Source: Diplonema japonicum
Lineage: Eukaryota; Protista; Euglenozoa: Diplonemea
DNA: 64,000 nucleotides
Reading direction: 5' to 3'
Assembly (NCBI GenBank): GCA_964019335.1
Contig: OZ025665.1
Location: forward strand, 434,001-498,000
Under the pieces are notes generated by a model. It did not search any database. It was not told where the DNA came from and saw only the letters and a list, made by a program, of their open reading frames with translations. A program made the position numbers and the translations under genes. Below, one piece after another: positions 1-10,745 of the stretch (the first letter of the stretch is position 1; each line of letters opens with the position of its first letter).

Positions 1-576
1 CTGTGTGGAGTTTTTTTTTTTTTTTTCCCTTCGAAAAATAAAAAATAAGACAAGGAAAAAGAATGGAAAAAAAAAAGCCTGATTTTGAAGGTAAAAAAAA
101 AAAAGACAAGAAAGGTAAAATCAACGCGCTAAAAGAAGAATCGGGGGGGGGGGGGGGGGGGGGGAAGAAGAGTAAAGCACTAATGGTGGGGGCGGGGAGA
201 GTGAAACAAAAAAGGCAACAGGGGGGGAAAAAAAAGAGTACGAAAGGGGGAAGAATCGAGGTGGGGAGATCTTTTCAACAATAGGAGTTTTAAAATTGTT
301 TTTTTTTCTTCTTTTTGCTTTATTTCCTTCATGGTTGTGCGGGTCTTTTTTTTTTTATATATGTACCTTCCAAGAAAGTACAAAAAGATTTGGGAAGTGA
401 GGGAAGAACCAAAAAAAAAAAATGGAACTCCTTTCCCTTTAGATCTTAGAAAATAAAGATGAAAGGTATGGGTCCTAAAAAAGAGGGAAAAGAGGGATTC
501 TATGCAAAACACAAAAAAGTAATGAAAGTGGAGTTGGGCCAACAAGCCGGGAATAAAAGAAATAGAACAAAGAAAG

Positions 577-612
<36 letters not shown>

Positions 613-810
613 GTTTTCTTCTTCTTCATTGAAGTATTCACAATTGCCTTTCTATTCTCTCACCTTTTTTTTTTTTTTAAATTTCATCGTTTCAAAAAAA
701 AAGAAAATTCACCACAAAGGGGGGAAAGGGGATATAAAAAACCTGTGGGGGGTGGTCAACAAAAAAACACCCCCCCCCAAGGACAGAATGAAACAATCAA
801 AAAATCTTCT

Positions 811-1510
<700 letters not shown>

Positions 1511-1631
1511 TTAATCTCCCATTCTTTTTTTTAAAAGAAACCGTGTAACTAACTGTTTTGGAAAAAAAGGGGGGGGGGAGAGGGGAGGGGAAAACAAAAA
1601 AAGGAAGAAGAAGAAGAGGGAGGGGTGGGTA

Positions 1632-1699
1632 ACTCACCAGTTTTGTTCCTTTGTGCCAATATGTGTGTATTTCAAACGGGCAGGTCCCGTTGCTGAACT

Positions 1700-1739
<40 letters not shown>

Positions 1740-1892
1740 CTCCAACACTTTCTCACACCTTGGGACCTTCACCTCGATAATTCGCGGAGAGAAGATAGTC
1801 ACCTGCTGGGAAGGCCCCAGTTTCATATTGATCGCCCGCGCATTGCCGGAGGGCGCAGCAGGCGGAGGTGGCTCAGAGGCAGCGGAAGACAT
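1632..1892 (-). CDS. small hypothetical protein, probably split by a poly-A intron (~1698-1758)
   Basis: ATG at 1892 follows an A-run like neighbouring genes, composition looks coding, and a GTGTGA donor and CAG acceptor flank the homopolymer. 3' end uncertain. Confidence 0.35.
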
Positions 1893-1953
1893 CTTCTTTA
1901 TTCTCCTTTTTTTTTTTGTGTCCTCTCCTTTTAAAGAATTCCAGTTTTCCAAG

Positions 1954-1989
<36 letters not shown>

Positions 1990-2065
1990 ACCAACTTTAA
2001 ACAATATTATGAGTGTTTGGGAGGGTCAACATGGTGGCGGGAGGAACTTTTTTTGTTCTCTTTTT

Positions 2066-2521
2066 CTAAATCCCCGTATCATCGTCAACAGGGTTATGCC
2101 TGAACAACCAGTCAGCCAAGTAGTCTATGGGGTCCTCAGGCCGCTGCTCACATACTTCTATAATGCCTTTTGTGAGGACTGGTATGACGTTGGTCATNNN
2201 NNNNNNNNNNNNNNNNNNNNNNNNNNNNNNNNNNNNNNNNNNNNNNNNNNNNNNNNNNNNNNNNNNNNNNNNNNNNNNNNNNNNNNNNNNNNNNNNNNNN
2301 NNNNNNNNNNNNNNNNNNNNNNNNNNNNNNNNNNNNNNNNNNNNNNNNNNNNNNNNNNNNNNNNNNNNNNNNNNNNNNNNNNNNNNNNNNNNNNNNNTCC
2401 CGTCGTACTCTGACGACGTGCCAACTACTTCAAACTCTGCATCTGAAAGTTTTTTGCACAGCACCTTTCCCAAATGCGTGTCGATATGGCTTACAAATGC
2501 TTTCTTTCCGTTGCTCTGCAT
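2066..2521 (-). CDS. AK7: adenylate kinase 7-like flagellar protein, interrupted by assembly gap
   Basis: C-terminal Dpy-30 motif (NVIPVLTKGIIEVCEQRPEDPIDYLADWLF) and AK7-like N-terminus (KAFVSHIDTHLGKVL..FEVVGT). The middle is Ns. Confidence 0.65.
   Translation of the reverse strand: MQSNGKKAFVSHIDTHLGKVLCKKLSDAEFEVVGTSSEYDGXXXXXXXXXXXXXXXXXXXXXXXXXXXXXXXXXXXXXXXXXXXXXXXXXXXXXXXXXXXXXXXXXXXMTNVIPVLTKGIIEVCEQRPEDPIDYLADWLFRHNPVDDDTGI
2198..2397. other. assembly gap (200 N)
   Basis: Run of N. Confidence 0.99.
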
Positions 2522-3072
2522 TTTCCCCCCTTCTTTTTTTCTTTCTTTCTTTTTTTTCTTTTTTTTTTTTTTTCTTTTTTTCTTTTTTTTTTTTTTTTTG
2601 AATAAAAAGATTAAGGAAGAAGGGGGGAGGTTGAAGGAAATTACTGTAAAGCCCAATTAATTCCGGAAGGAAAAAAAAAAAAAAATTACCGAAAGCTTTT
2701 CGGGCGGACCGGGACTTCCGGGAATTTATTGTTTTTACAGTAAAGATTTAATAAGTAATAATAATAATACTGAATAAAAGCAAGAAGATTCTTACCTCCC
2801 TCCCCATATATTCCACTACCCCTCAAATTTTGGGTACAATGAAAAATAGTTTTTTCCTCTTTTTTCTTTTTTTCTTGTTCGTTATGATTCTTTTGTTTAA
2901 TGATCTAGCAGCCTGAGGGACAATTAAGAGAAAGAGAGGGAAAGGGGGGAAAACAGTGTACTGACATCGCACATCGTAAAGTGCACGGTAGCGTCGTGGG
3001 GCAGCAACGAACCCACCACAAAAGGCAATAAAAGGCAAGGGTGAAACAATAGGCTAATCTCCCCACCCTAAA

Positions 3073-3519
3073 TCACAAGGACACTGCCCGTCTTCGCTTA
3101 GGGGCTGCTTGTTCGGTCGTTCTGTATTGCACCAGTTTTGCAAGGTATTCAACGGACTGTTTTTTTTTTTTCCTTCTCTCGGTTCATACCCCAGTGTCTT
3201 TCGCACGTTTCTCAGAGTGTGTTTGAAGGACAAGCTTCAGGAACTTAAACTCGTCCTCTCTTGCTGTGTGTGTGTACTCCGTTTCGATAATGCCAGGAGG
3301 CCCGCAATTGAAAGAGTCCGGATGACTGTTCATTTTCCTTTCGATTCTCTCAGTGAGCTCCTTCCCGGTCACCACTTTGTTCTTTTTCGCACCTTCTTGT
3401 CTAGTCTTCTTGATGGCCCCAGACCCCGCCTTTCGCCGGTCTTTTTTCTTCCCTGAATTGAGCGCCAGTTTTTGGAAAGACGAAGTGACATTTTCTATGG
3501 GTGAGCTGGGCCACTCCAT
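3073..3519 (-). CDS. hypothetical basic protein, probable 33-nt intron 3157-3189
   Basis: ORF 3184-3519 ends at a GTATGA donor. The AAACAG acceptor continues in frame as SVEYLAKLVQYR... Confidence 0.55.
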
Positions 3520-3600
3520 TGTGTGTGAGGTTTGAAACGAACTCCTTTTTTTTTATTTGGTAAGGCAGGGGAAAAAAAAAAAACCGGCAAACTATTCAAG

Positions 3601-3632
<32 letters not shown>

Positions 3633-3709
3633 ATCAACCACCAACCTTGTATATGCGTTATTTTACTAACATACATTCAAGAAAAAAAAGGGGGAGATGC
3701 CATAATTGT

Positions 3710-5011
3710 TCACTCCACTGTTCGTAAAATGGCCAATACAGCGGCACAAGTAGCCCGCCGCACAGCACGCTGCCTTGTCAGGGAGCCTGGCACAAGCACG
3801 GTGTGTTTGCTAGCAGCAAGTTTTGCTGTTTTCCCGCAAGCTGCTTCTTGTGAAGCCATCTCGCTGGTCCACCCTTGCATGACAGCTTTCCTCGCGGCTT
3901 CCTTGATACTCATGATGTGTTCCTTGCGTTCGTTAAGGACCGCTTGTGCATCCCTGCTCTTCATGACAACAACACCCTCGGTGCAGTCCTCCCTGCGTTC
4001 GGAGGGGAGTGTCAAACGGCCCTGTTGAGCAAGGGCAATTTGTTCCTTGATGTAAGATGCGAGAGATAGGGAACGCCCAGCATTGAGACCTTGTTTTCGA
4101 ACGAGCTTTTGAAGATTTTGGTCGGTTAGACGGGCTCTCACGAGTTGGGGTTTTATGGGGGTTGGTATGCATTGCACATCGCTGGAGTGGGATGATGGTG
4201 CTGAAGGCTGATGAGGTACTGAAGGCTGATGAGGTACTGAAGGCTGATGAGGGGCTTCAAAAGTAGGTGCAGAGACGGTGGTAGCGGTCGCATCAGATGG
4301 CAGTTCATCGTCCACACTGTTCGCTTGCTTCTCTGCTGCTTCAAAATCGTAATCTTCATCCGATTCGTCGCCTTTTGTGAGAGCGTTGATCGCGTCCAGT
4401 TCGTGTCGCGACAGTTCCTTCTCGCAGCGCCTCCTCTTCGGGTGTCTGCTGGGCACTAGAAGCTCGTCGCTTTCTTGTTCGTCTCCTCCTTGCAACACCC
4501 TACTTGGTTTTCTTGTAATTTCTCCTATCGGTCTCTTCCCTTCTTTCTTGTCCTTCTTGTCCTTTTTGTCTTTTTTTTTCTTCTTTTTTTCTTTTTTTTC
4601 CTTCTTCGCTTTTCTCACCATTAAAATCTCATCGCTCTCGTCGGCGGTGATTATCTCTTCACGGGGGGCTGTTTTCGGTACTTTTTTGGAGTCATTCCTT
4701 GCTTTTTGGGACTCGTCACCTGATTCATATGCGCTTCTGATGCTCTGCAACCGCGCCCTCTCGCTTTCTTCCAAATGTCTGTCCCCTCGTAGCTGAACGT
4801 TGGTGTCGAGGATGCACCTCCTGTCTACTGCGTCCATTCCTTCCGTGAGCCAGTATCTGCTGCCGTTTCTTGTGTCGTACCATTGCAACACCTCTTCTTC
4901 TTTTGTAACGGTAATGACCTTTCCGAGAAAGAACTCCCCCTCACCGGCCATCATCGCCAGCACCATTCCGACCTTCAGGGTGGCGTCGGAGAAGTTCACC
5001 TCCTGTGTCAT
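3710..5011 (-). CDS. hypothetical protein with possible N-terminal Tudor/SH3-like barrel, Lys-rich tract and PHQPS repeats
   Basis: Long ORF with likely ATG at 5011 (MTQEVNF). Domain call is by eye only. Confidence 0.7.
   Translation of the reverse strand: MTQEVNFSDATLKVGMVLAMMAGEGEFFLGKVITVTKEEEVLQWYDTRNGSRYWLTEGMDAVDRRCILDTNVQLRGDRHLEESERARLQSIRSAYESGDESQKARNDSKKVPKTAPREEIITADESDEILMVRKAKKEKKEKKKKKKDKKDKKDKKEGKRPIGEITRKPSRVLQGGDEQESDELLVPSRHPKRRRCEKELSRHELDAINALTKGDESDEDYDFEAAEKQANSVDDELPSDATATTVSAPTFEAPHQPSVPHQPSVPHQPSAPSSHSSDVQCIPTPIKPQLVRARLTDQNLQKLVRKQGLNAGRSLSLASYIKEQIALAQQGRLTLPSERREDCTEGVVVMKSRDAQAVLNERKEHIMSIKEAARKAVMQGWTSEMASQEAACGKTAKLAASKHTVLVPGSLTRQRAVRRATCAAVLAILRTVE
4200..4254 (-). 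repeat. 3x 18-nt coding tandem repeat (PHQPS[V/A])
   Basis: ctgaaggctgatgagg repeated three times at 18-nt period. Confidence 0.9.
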
Positions 5012-5088
5012 CTCCCAGCCACCTTCGAAGATGATGCTTCGCAAATACACATTAAAAAAAAGAAAAAAAGAAAAAAAAAAAAAAAAAA

Positions 5089-5122
5089 GAGACATTTAAG
5101 GGTACCTGCGGTATGTGGCAGG
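5089..5122. repeat. dispersed 34-nt element with adjacent A-tract, copy 1
   Basis: GAGACATTTAAGGGTACCTGCGGTATGTGGCAGG, identical to 40250-40283. Confidence 0.9.
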
Positions 5123-5174
5123 ACGCCTGAAAGAAGTACTAAAAGAAACCCAAGGCAGCCTGTCGGAAGACAAG

Positions 5175-7835
5175 CTATGCAAGCATCACGGGACCGAACT
5201 CGATTTTCACGGCGGGCTGCTGGCAAGACAACACGTAGCCCCTGTGCTGCAGGGCTGTCAAAGCCCGTGAGGCCAAGGAGTCGATGCATGTTTCCATTGG
5301 CGGGCTGTATACTTCTTCCCTCAAAGGCACCAGTTGGTTGTGTTTTCTGATCTCCCTCGCAGGCACCATCGCAGCCGAAGACGCTGCTGCTTTGCTCTTA
5401 TTGATGTACACAGTGTTGAGAGGCGTCAGAGCTGTCTTCTTCCCCAACGCAACTGGCGGGGACGGCTTTTTAGGCAGCACCACCGGCTGCGGGGTCGGGG
5501 GTGGTATTCTTCGCACACGGCACCGCATCTTCTTTTTGGGCCGATTCGGTGTTTGCTTGACCTCCTTGCGGTACACCGCAGAGTCAGCGACCATTTGTAT
5601 CGCACGACAGGAAGCACCAGCAGCATCGAGAAGCATGTACAAGCAGGGGTGCAGGCAGATCTTTCGCATCCTGATCATGTGCCGCACCCATGCCTTGTAG
5701 TACCTAAGCCGTAGGTTTCTATGTATGGGACTTGCGATATGACGTTTCAAGAATGTCACGGCCACACGGCGTCTCTTCTGAATGGCTGCGTTGCTTAGCA
5801 TTGTGGTGTAGCTCCATCGGAGGAGCCCAAGACATGTGCTCACTTGCAGCACCTGGCACCGCTTGCGGAGGGAGAACCGCCACTCCAACCATGACCCCCA
5901 GCGTGCGTAGTAGTGCCTGAAGATAACCATCCCGATAGTACGCACAATGAGGAACCTCACCTGCGAGGGCATCATAGGGGGGTTAAGCCCTTGGTGGCGC
6001 AGCGCAGTGATTTCATACATAGCCTCCCTGGAGAGGAATGTTCTGTCAAGTGCTTCTCTAAACGAGATAGAGAAGGCGGTGGTGTAGAGTGTGCGCAGTA
6101 CGTGGTCCTCGTCCACGATGAGACCGCGTTCCCTGTCCTCCATGAACGCTGTTTGGTGCAGCCTGCTTACGGTGTACCGCAGAAGGTTTGTGTAGCCCGT
6201 GCTTTGCGTCACAAAGTGAACTCTCGTGAGCAGCACCTCGTTCCGTGCTGTATTCTCCGCCGTCTCGAATACTGCCCTTAGCCGCCTTTTTTCCCGTGTG
6301 ACTTCCCACACCTTTCGTTTGCTCTCCTTCCGCATTTTAGCAAACAACTGTCTTTCGTGTCCGACCTCAGCCACGACCCTTGCTGACGCCTCTTCTTTCT
6401 CTATTTTAAGTGCAGTGATGCTACATAAGAACAGCTGTATCACACCGGAGGCTGCAAGGTATCCTTTCTGCAGTACAGAAAACGCCATGTAGTGCTCCAA
6501 CAGCACCATCTCACGGTCCTCCGTCTCCTCCAAGCACATCAGACCCACAACGCCTTGTCCCTTGACCCCCTCTCTACTGTTGTGCTCTGTCGTTATATGG
6601 CACCACTTTGCCTCGACATCTTCCCGGGCAGCCCGCTCGCTCTCATTGACAAGTGCGCGGGTGTCTTCTTCCGAATCCCCTAGATCGCATCGCTGGAGGT
6701 GCAAATACTGCTTTGCAACGTGCGACAAGAAGGTTTGTATCATGGCGTGGTCCTCCGAGGTAGCGTAAAGATGCTCCAGGTCGGTGTGCTGCTCGGTTGC
6801 CACAAGCACACGGGACATGGTTTCTTTAACCAATATATAGTGTCGGGAGGCGGTGTTATGAATGCTTGTGAGCAGTGCTGTCTCACGGCACGACACATGG
6901 GCCCGTGCCTCGGCCTCCTCAGTCTCGGCAATTGTAAGGAAGAAGGAGCGCTCCAAGAGGACTCGGGTGGTCTCTTCAGCGTGAACAATTCCTTGGCTTT
7001 TCCACCAAGGCCATCGAAAGGCATCGCCGTCGCCTCTCGCACGCTCCTCAGCGACTTCGACGACAGCAAGGCGGTGGTACTCACGTCTCTGTCGCACTGC
7101 TTCAGTAATATCGTCTTCCATGTTTTGCGCTGTCTGTGTGAAGATGTCTTTCGAGGTCTCTTTGAGGTACGCGGCGGGGGTAGTGTGGTCAGCAGGGCGG
7201 TCTGTGTGCCCGCTTATAACCTTACGATCCTCTGCGTCGTCCTTGTGGAGAATTTTCTCGATCCTCGCGGTTTCCTGAAAATGGTCGAGAGTGCTCTTAT
7301 GCTCCATGACAATGAATTTAGAAAGGCTATACCGCATCTTAGTGAGACACACGGTGCTGCGAAGAGTAGCCTCGAAGTCCGGCGTGCGATGGGGTGCTTC
7401 ATGAGGGACAATAAGGTCGAAGAAGTGACGTAATACGCCAGAGGCGCCATGTGGTGAATTCTTTTCCTTGCACTTGTCTAGAGGGGTCTCTCCTTCAGCA
7501 TCAACAGATGTCAGCGAAGCGTTATGAGCAATTAAACAGTAGGCAACCTCTGGCCTGTCATGGTACGCGGATAGCATGAGTGGGGTGTCGCCTGTCTTGG
7601 TTAGGCTGTCTACCTGAGCACCTTCTTGAAGAAGTTTTAAGCCAACCACGGTGTTTCCTCCCATGGCCACGAAGTGCAGCGCCCGCCACCCCTCTGCATT
7701 TAGGGGTTTATTTACTTTTTCGCCTTTAGGTGCCACCAGATTCGCCGTTCTTGCCCAGTTATTTCCTGTTGATTCGTTCGCATTCACCTTTTTTTTGACC
7801 ATGCCCCATAGGTCTTTCTTTTTCATTTTTGTCAT
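5175..7835 (-). CDS. ankyrin-repeat / coiled-coil protein
   Basis: 886-aa ORF. N-terminal ankyrin motifs GWRALHFVA, GDTPLMLSA and GETPLD, followed by a long EE-xx-R helical region. Confidence 0.85.
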   Translation of the reverse strand: MTKMKKKDLWGMVKKKVNANESTGNNWARTANLVAPKGEKVNKPLNAEGWRALHFVAMGGNTVVGLKLLQEGAQVDSLTKTGDTPLMLSAYHDRPEVAYCLIAHNASLTSVDAEGETPLDKCKEKNSPHGASGVLRHFFDLIVPHEAPHRTPDFEATLRSTVCLTKMRYSLSKFIVMEHKSTLDHFQETARIEKILHKDDAEDRKVISGHTDRPADHTTPAAYLKETSKDIFTQTAQNMEDDITEAVRQRREYHRLAVVEVAEERARGDGDAFRWPWWKSQGIVHAEETTRVLLERSFFLTIAETEEAEARAHVSCRETALLTSIHNTASRHYILVKETMSRVLVATEQHTDLEHLYATSEDHAMIQTFLSHVAKQYLHLQRCDLGDSEEDTRALVNESERAAREDVEAKWCHITTEHNSREGVKGQGVVGLMCLEETEDREMVLLEHYMAFSVLQKGYLAASGVIQLFLCSITALKIEKEEASARVVAEVGHERQLFAKMRKESKRKVWEVTREKRRLRAVFETAENTARNEVLLTRVHFVTQSTGYTNLLRYTVSRLHQTAFMEDRERGLIVDEDHVLRTLYTTAFSISFREALDRTFLSREAMYEITALRHQGLNPPMMPSQVRFLIVRTIGMVIFRHYYARWGSWLEWRFSLRKRCQVLQVSTCLGLLRWSYTTMLSNAAIQKRRRVAVTFLKRHIASPIHRNLRLRYYKAWVRHMIRMRKICLHPCLYMLLDAAGASCRAIQMVADSAVYRKEVKQTPNRPKKKMRCRVRRIPPPTPQPVVLPKKPSPPVALGKKTALTPLNTVYINKSKAAASSAAMVPAREIRKHNQLVPLREEVYSPPMETCIDSLASRALTALQHRGYVLSCQQPAVKIEFGPVMLA

Positions 7836-8135
7836 TTTCTTTTTTTTTTTTGCCCGTGTAATGTACTAGCGCGTTTTACAAGGGGAAAAAAGGAATTTAT
7901 TAATAAATAACAACACACTTGATGCAGCATCGGAAGGGGATCGAAAGGCGGGGGGGGATATCATTGCCCCCTCCCCTTCCCCTTTTCTTCTTCTTTTTTT
8001 TTTCGTCCCACTCTTCCATCCCACTCTTCTTCTCTTCTTTTCTTGTAAAAAAAACATAAACTGACTGATCTCTTGATTCAACCGATGGAAAAAAAAAAAT
8101 AATAATAATATGTGGGTGTTGCTTTGTTTCCCAAC

Positions 8136-9565
8136 CTATTTGTTGGGCGAAAGTGTAGTAGTTTTGACCTTGGTGTCTTTGGAGGCAGAGGCGACGGTTG
8201 TGGGTGCGGTGAAGGAGAGAGAGAGGATGCCATCGGTGTGGGGTGTGTGGGTGGAGAGGGGTCGCTGTTTTTTTTTTTTTTGTTACAATTATTACCCCCC
8301 CAAAAAAAAAACATACCACAGCGCGAACGTCGAAGTAGTTCAAAGCGGAGTCTTCGGCCGCAGTGACGAAGGATGTCCCGAGGTTCCCTTCCTCAGGACA
8401 CCATTTGATGCTGTACACCCACCCAGTGTGCCCGGAGAACGATTTAATAACTTTCTTTTCTCTGATATCCCAGAGCCTGGCCCTGTTGTCGGAGTGGCCG
8501 GTGACAATGAGGTTCTGGTTCTCTTTGTTAACGTCCAAGCTGTATGTGGCATACTCCCCGCTGTACGTGGTGTAGAAAGCCGCACGGGAAACGTCCCACT
8601 GCTTGAGCTGCCCGTCGAGACCGGACGTGAAGACATGTCGGTTGTCCTTTGTGAAGCTGGATGCAAGGATGGGACGGGAGTGGCCGGTCATGGTCGCGAT
8701 TTGAACATCTGTGATGTCTGCGTTCATGCAGTCGGGGATTCTGAACAGCGACACTGTCTTGTCCCATGAAGCTGAGCAACCCAAGTCACCAGCAGCATTG
8801 ATTGACACGGTGTCGACAGACGCTGAGTGGTGCTTCAGGGTCCTTACACTTTTCAGGCCCTTCGCGTCATCGTAGGACCATACTCGCACGGTGCCGTCTT
8901 TGCTTCCAGAGAGGGCGGTGAAGCCAGGAACGTTTCTCCGTCTCCTCTTTGTGCCCATGGAGGCTAAGCCGTTTTTAACTGCTGCGACTGACTTGACAGC
9001 GCCGGTATGCCCGTCGCCCACTGCGAGGACCTCGCTGCCGTGGCAGAGCCGGACTCGTCTGTCGTAGCACCCTGTCACCACAACATCCCCGTCGAGCTCT
9101 CCGTAGAACGGGGCGCACACGCTGCTGACCCAGTCATCATGCGGGATTTCATTCCCCTCTTCCATCGACATGCTCGGCGTGTACTCCAGCGACAGGGTGT
9201 CGTCCGTGTTGATCTCCGGCCGCTTCTTCAAGAACTTGTCCAACGACAGCGACACGAATCTTTTGGTGAAAAAAAAATACGTACAAATTCTTTTAAAAAA
9301 AAAATACATACTCGTCATTGTACAGGAAATCGAAGGGTATCGCCTCTTCGTCGGCGTTCCCAAGAAGCTTGTTCACTAACTGCGAAGGGTGTTGAGGTGG
9401 GGGGCGGGGGGGGAGGGGTCATACATTGCTCAGGCCATTCTTTGTCACTGTCTTTGGCACGCTGAAGGTCTGGCTCTCCGGAACGCTCTTTGTGTAAGTC
9501 GTGGTGAAGAAGCTCACCATCACCGTTGGGGCATTGTGCGCCAGGGTTTCCTCGGGGATATCCAT
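8136..9565 (-). CDS. WDR12: ribosome biogenesis protein WDR12/YTM1 (NLE/UBL + WD40), 4 exons; introns 9380-9424, 9260-9311, 8265-8316
   Basis: Splicing restores the NLE domain (GLSNLVNKLLG..IPFDFLYNDEFV..LSLEY), PHDDWVSSV and WD40 repeats including the final HTDGILSLSF..ASASKDTKVK. Confidence 0.88.
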
Positions 9566-9691
9566 CTTCTTTATTTTTCTGTTTTTTGGGTTTTTCTTTT
9601 GCTTCTTTTTCTCCGCCCCCCCAAGGTCCTTGAAGAAGAAAAAAAAAAAAAAAACGGTTTGGAAATAACAAAAAAAAGAAAAAGAAAAAAT

Positions 9692-10120
9692 CTACTTTCT
9701 CTTCCGCTTCTTCACAGTTCCCACTGAAAATACGTCTCGGAGAAGCCTTCGGCTCGAGTTCCCGCTCTTGTCGATTAGCTCGGAGTGTTTGTCAAGGGTG
9801 TCCAAGCTCAGCTCCATCGCAGCAGAAGGAACAGATAACAGCTCGGAGGGTTTCTGTTCTACCTTAACAGGGGCATCGATAGGGGGTTTAACAACTGGCC
9901 TCTTCTCCACACTCTTTACCGCTGGTTTCAAGGATACCCCCCCTAACGCGCTCTTCACTGACTTCAATGCCACAGGAGCGGTTTTCTTCTCTAGGTTTGC
10001 TGTGCTCTTCACCAGTGCTTTTACGTTTTTCTTCACACTGCTTGGCAGTGGGGGCGGGTTGCCGTTCTTTTTACTATTATCTTTCACGGGGACGGCAAAC
10101 CGCGATTTATAGGCAGGCAT
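9692..10120 (-). CDS. hypothetical Lys/Pro-rich protein
   Basis: 142-aa ORF from ATG at 10120, same strand as neighbours, no recognisable domain. Confidence 0.55.
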   Translation of the reverse strand: MPAYKSRFAVPVKDNSKKNGNPPPLPSSVKKNVKALVKSTANLEKKTAPVALKSVKSALGGVSLKPAVKSVEKRPVVKPPIDAPVKVEQKPSELLSVPSAAMELSLDTLDKHSELIDKSGNSSRRLLRDVFSVGTVKKRKRK

Positions 10121-10745
10121 CTTACCCACCCCTGTATAGATGGGTGGTTGTGGTATTTAAAAAAAAAGAACAACGAAAATACTCAATAAAACTTCGGTGT
10201 ACAGGGGTGCTAACTGTTCATAAAGAAATTCACTGTCCGTTCGCTTTCCCCTAAATAGTAAATAAAAAAAGGGAATTAAAAAGCTATTCAAAGAAACTGC
10301 AAATTGCTAGGCTAGGGGTTAGAATAAACAAGAGGAATTGGCGAGCAGCAAGATAAACGTGGAACAGTAAGGAGGGGAGGTGCGCTCGCTCGAATCACAT
10401 TAGTTACAAATAAAAATATAAAAAATAAAATTTAAAACTAAGAAAGAAAAACCGATGCCAGACCACCAAGAAGGACATACAGTAGAACTGAAAACCTCAA
10501 GGCACCTGTCATGCGGTAGTGCTTACTTTACTTTGTGTCAAACATGTGAGGAGGAAGAGTCACAGACACTTTGTTTCTTCTTTTTTTTTTTCTTTTCTTT
10601 CTTTCTTCTTCTTTGTACTATTGTGTATTATTCGTACAGCACCCATTGTTAAAAACCCTTAATGCGCTGGTGCTTACCAAAAGTAAAAAAAAACTCATAG
10701 TAAAAGACAATCCCACTCGAGGACAGCCTCTTGTGGTGTGAGTTC

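Noticed and set aside
63-800. Poly-K/poly-F ORFs here and at 32146-32700 and 46300-48100
   Set aside because: They are translations of intergenic homopolymer tracts.
1632-1892. Ribosomal protein L19-like motif (IFSPRIIEVKV)
   Set aside because: Too short, and the rest of the family signature is missing.
10575-10623. Terminal inverted repeat with 17581-17630
   Set aside because: The similarity is mostly low-complexity A/G sequence with a gapped short core.
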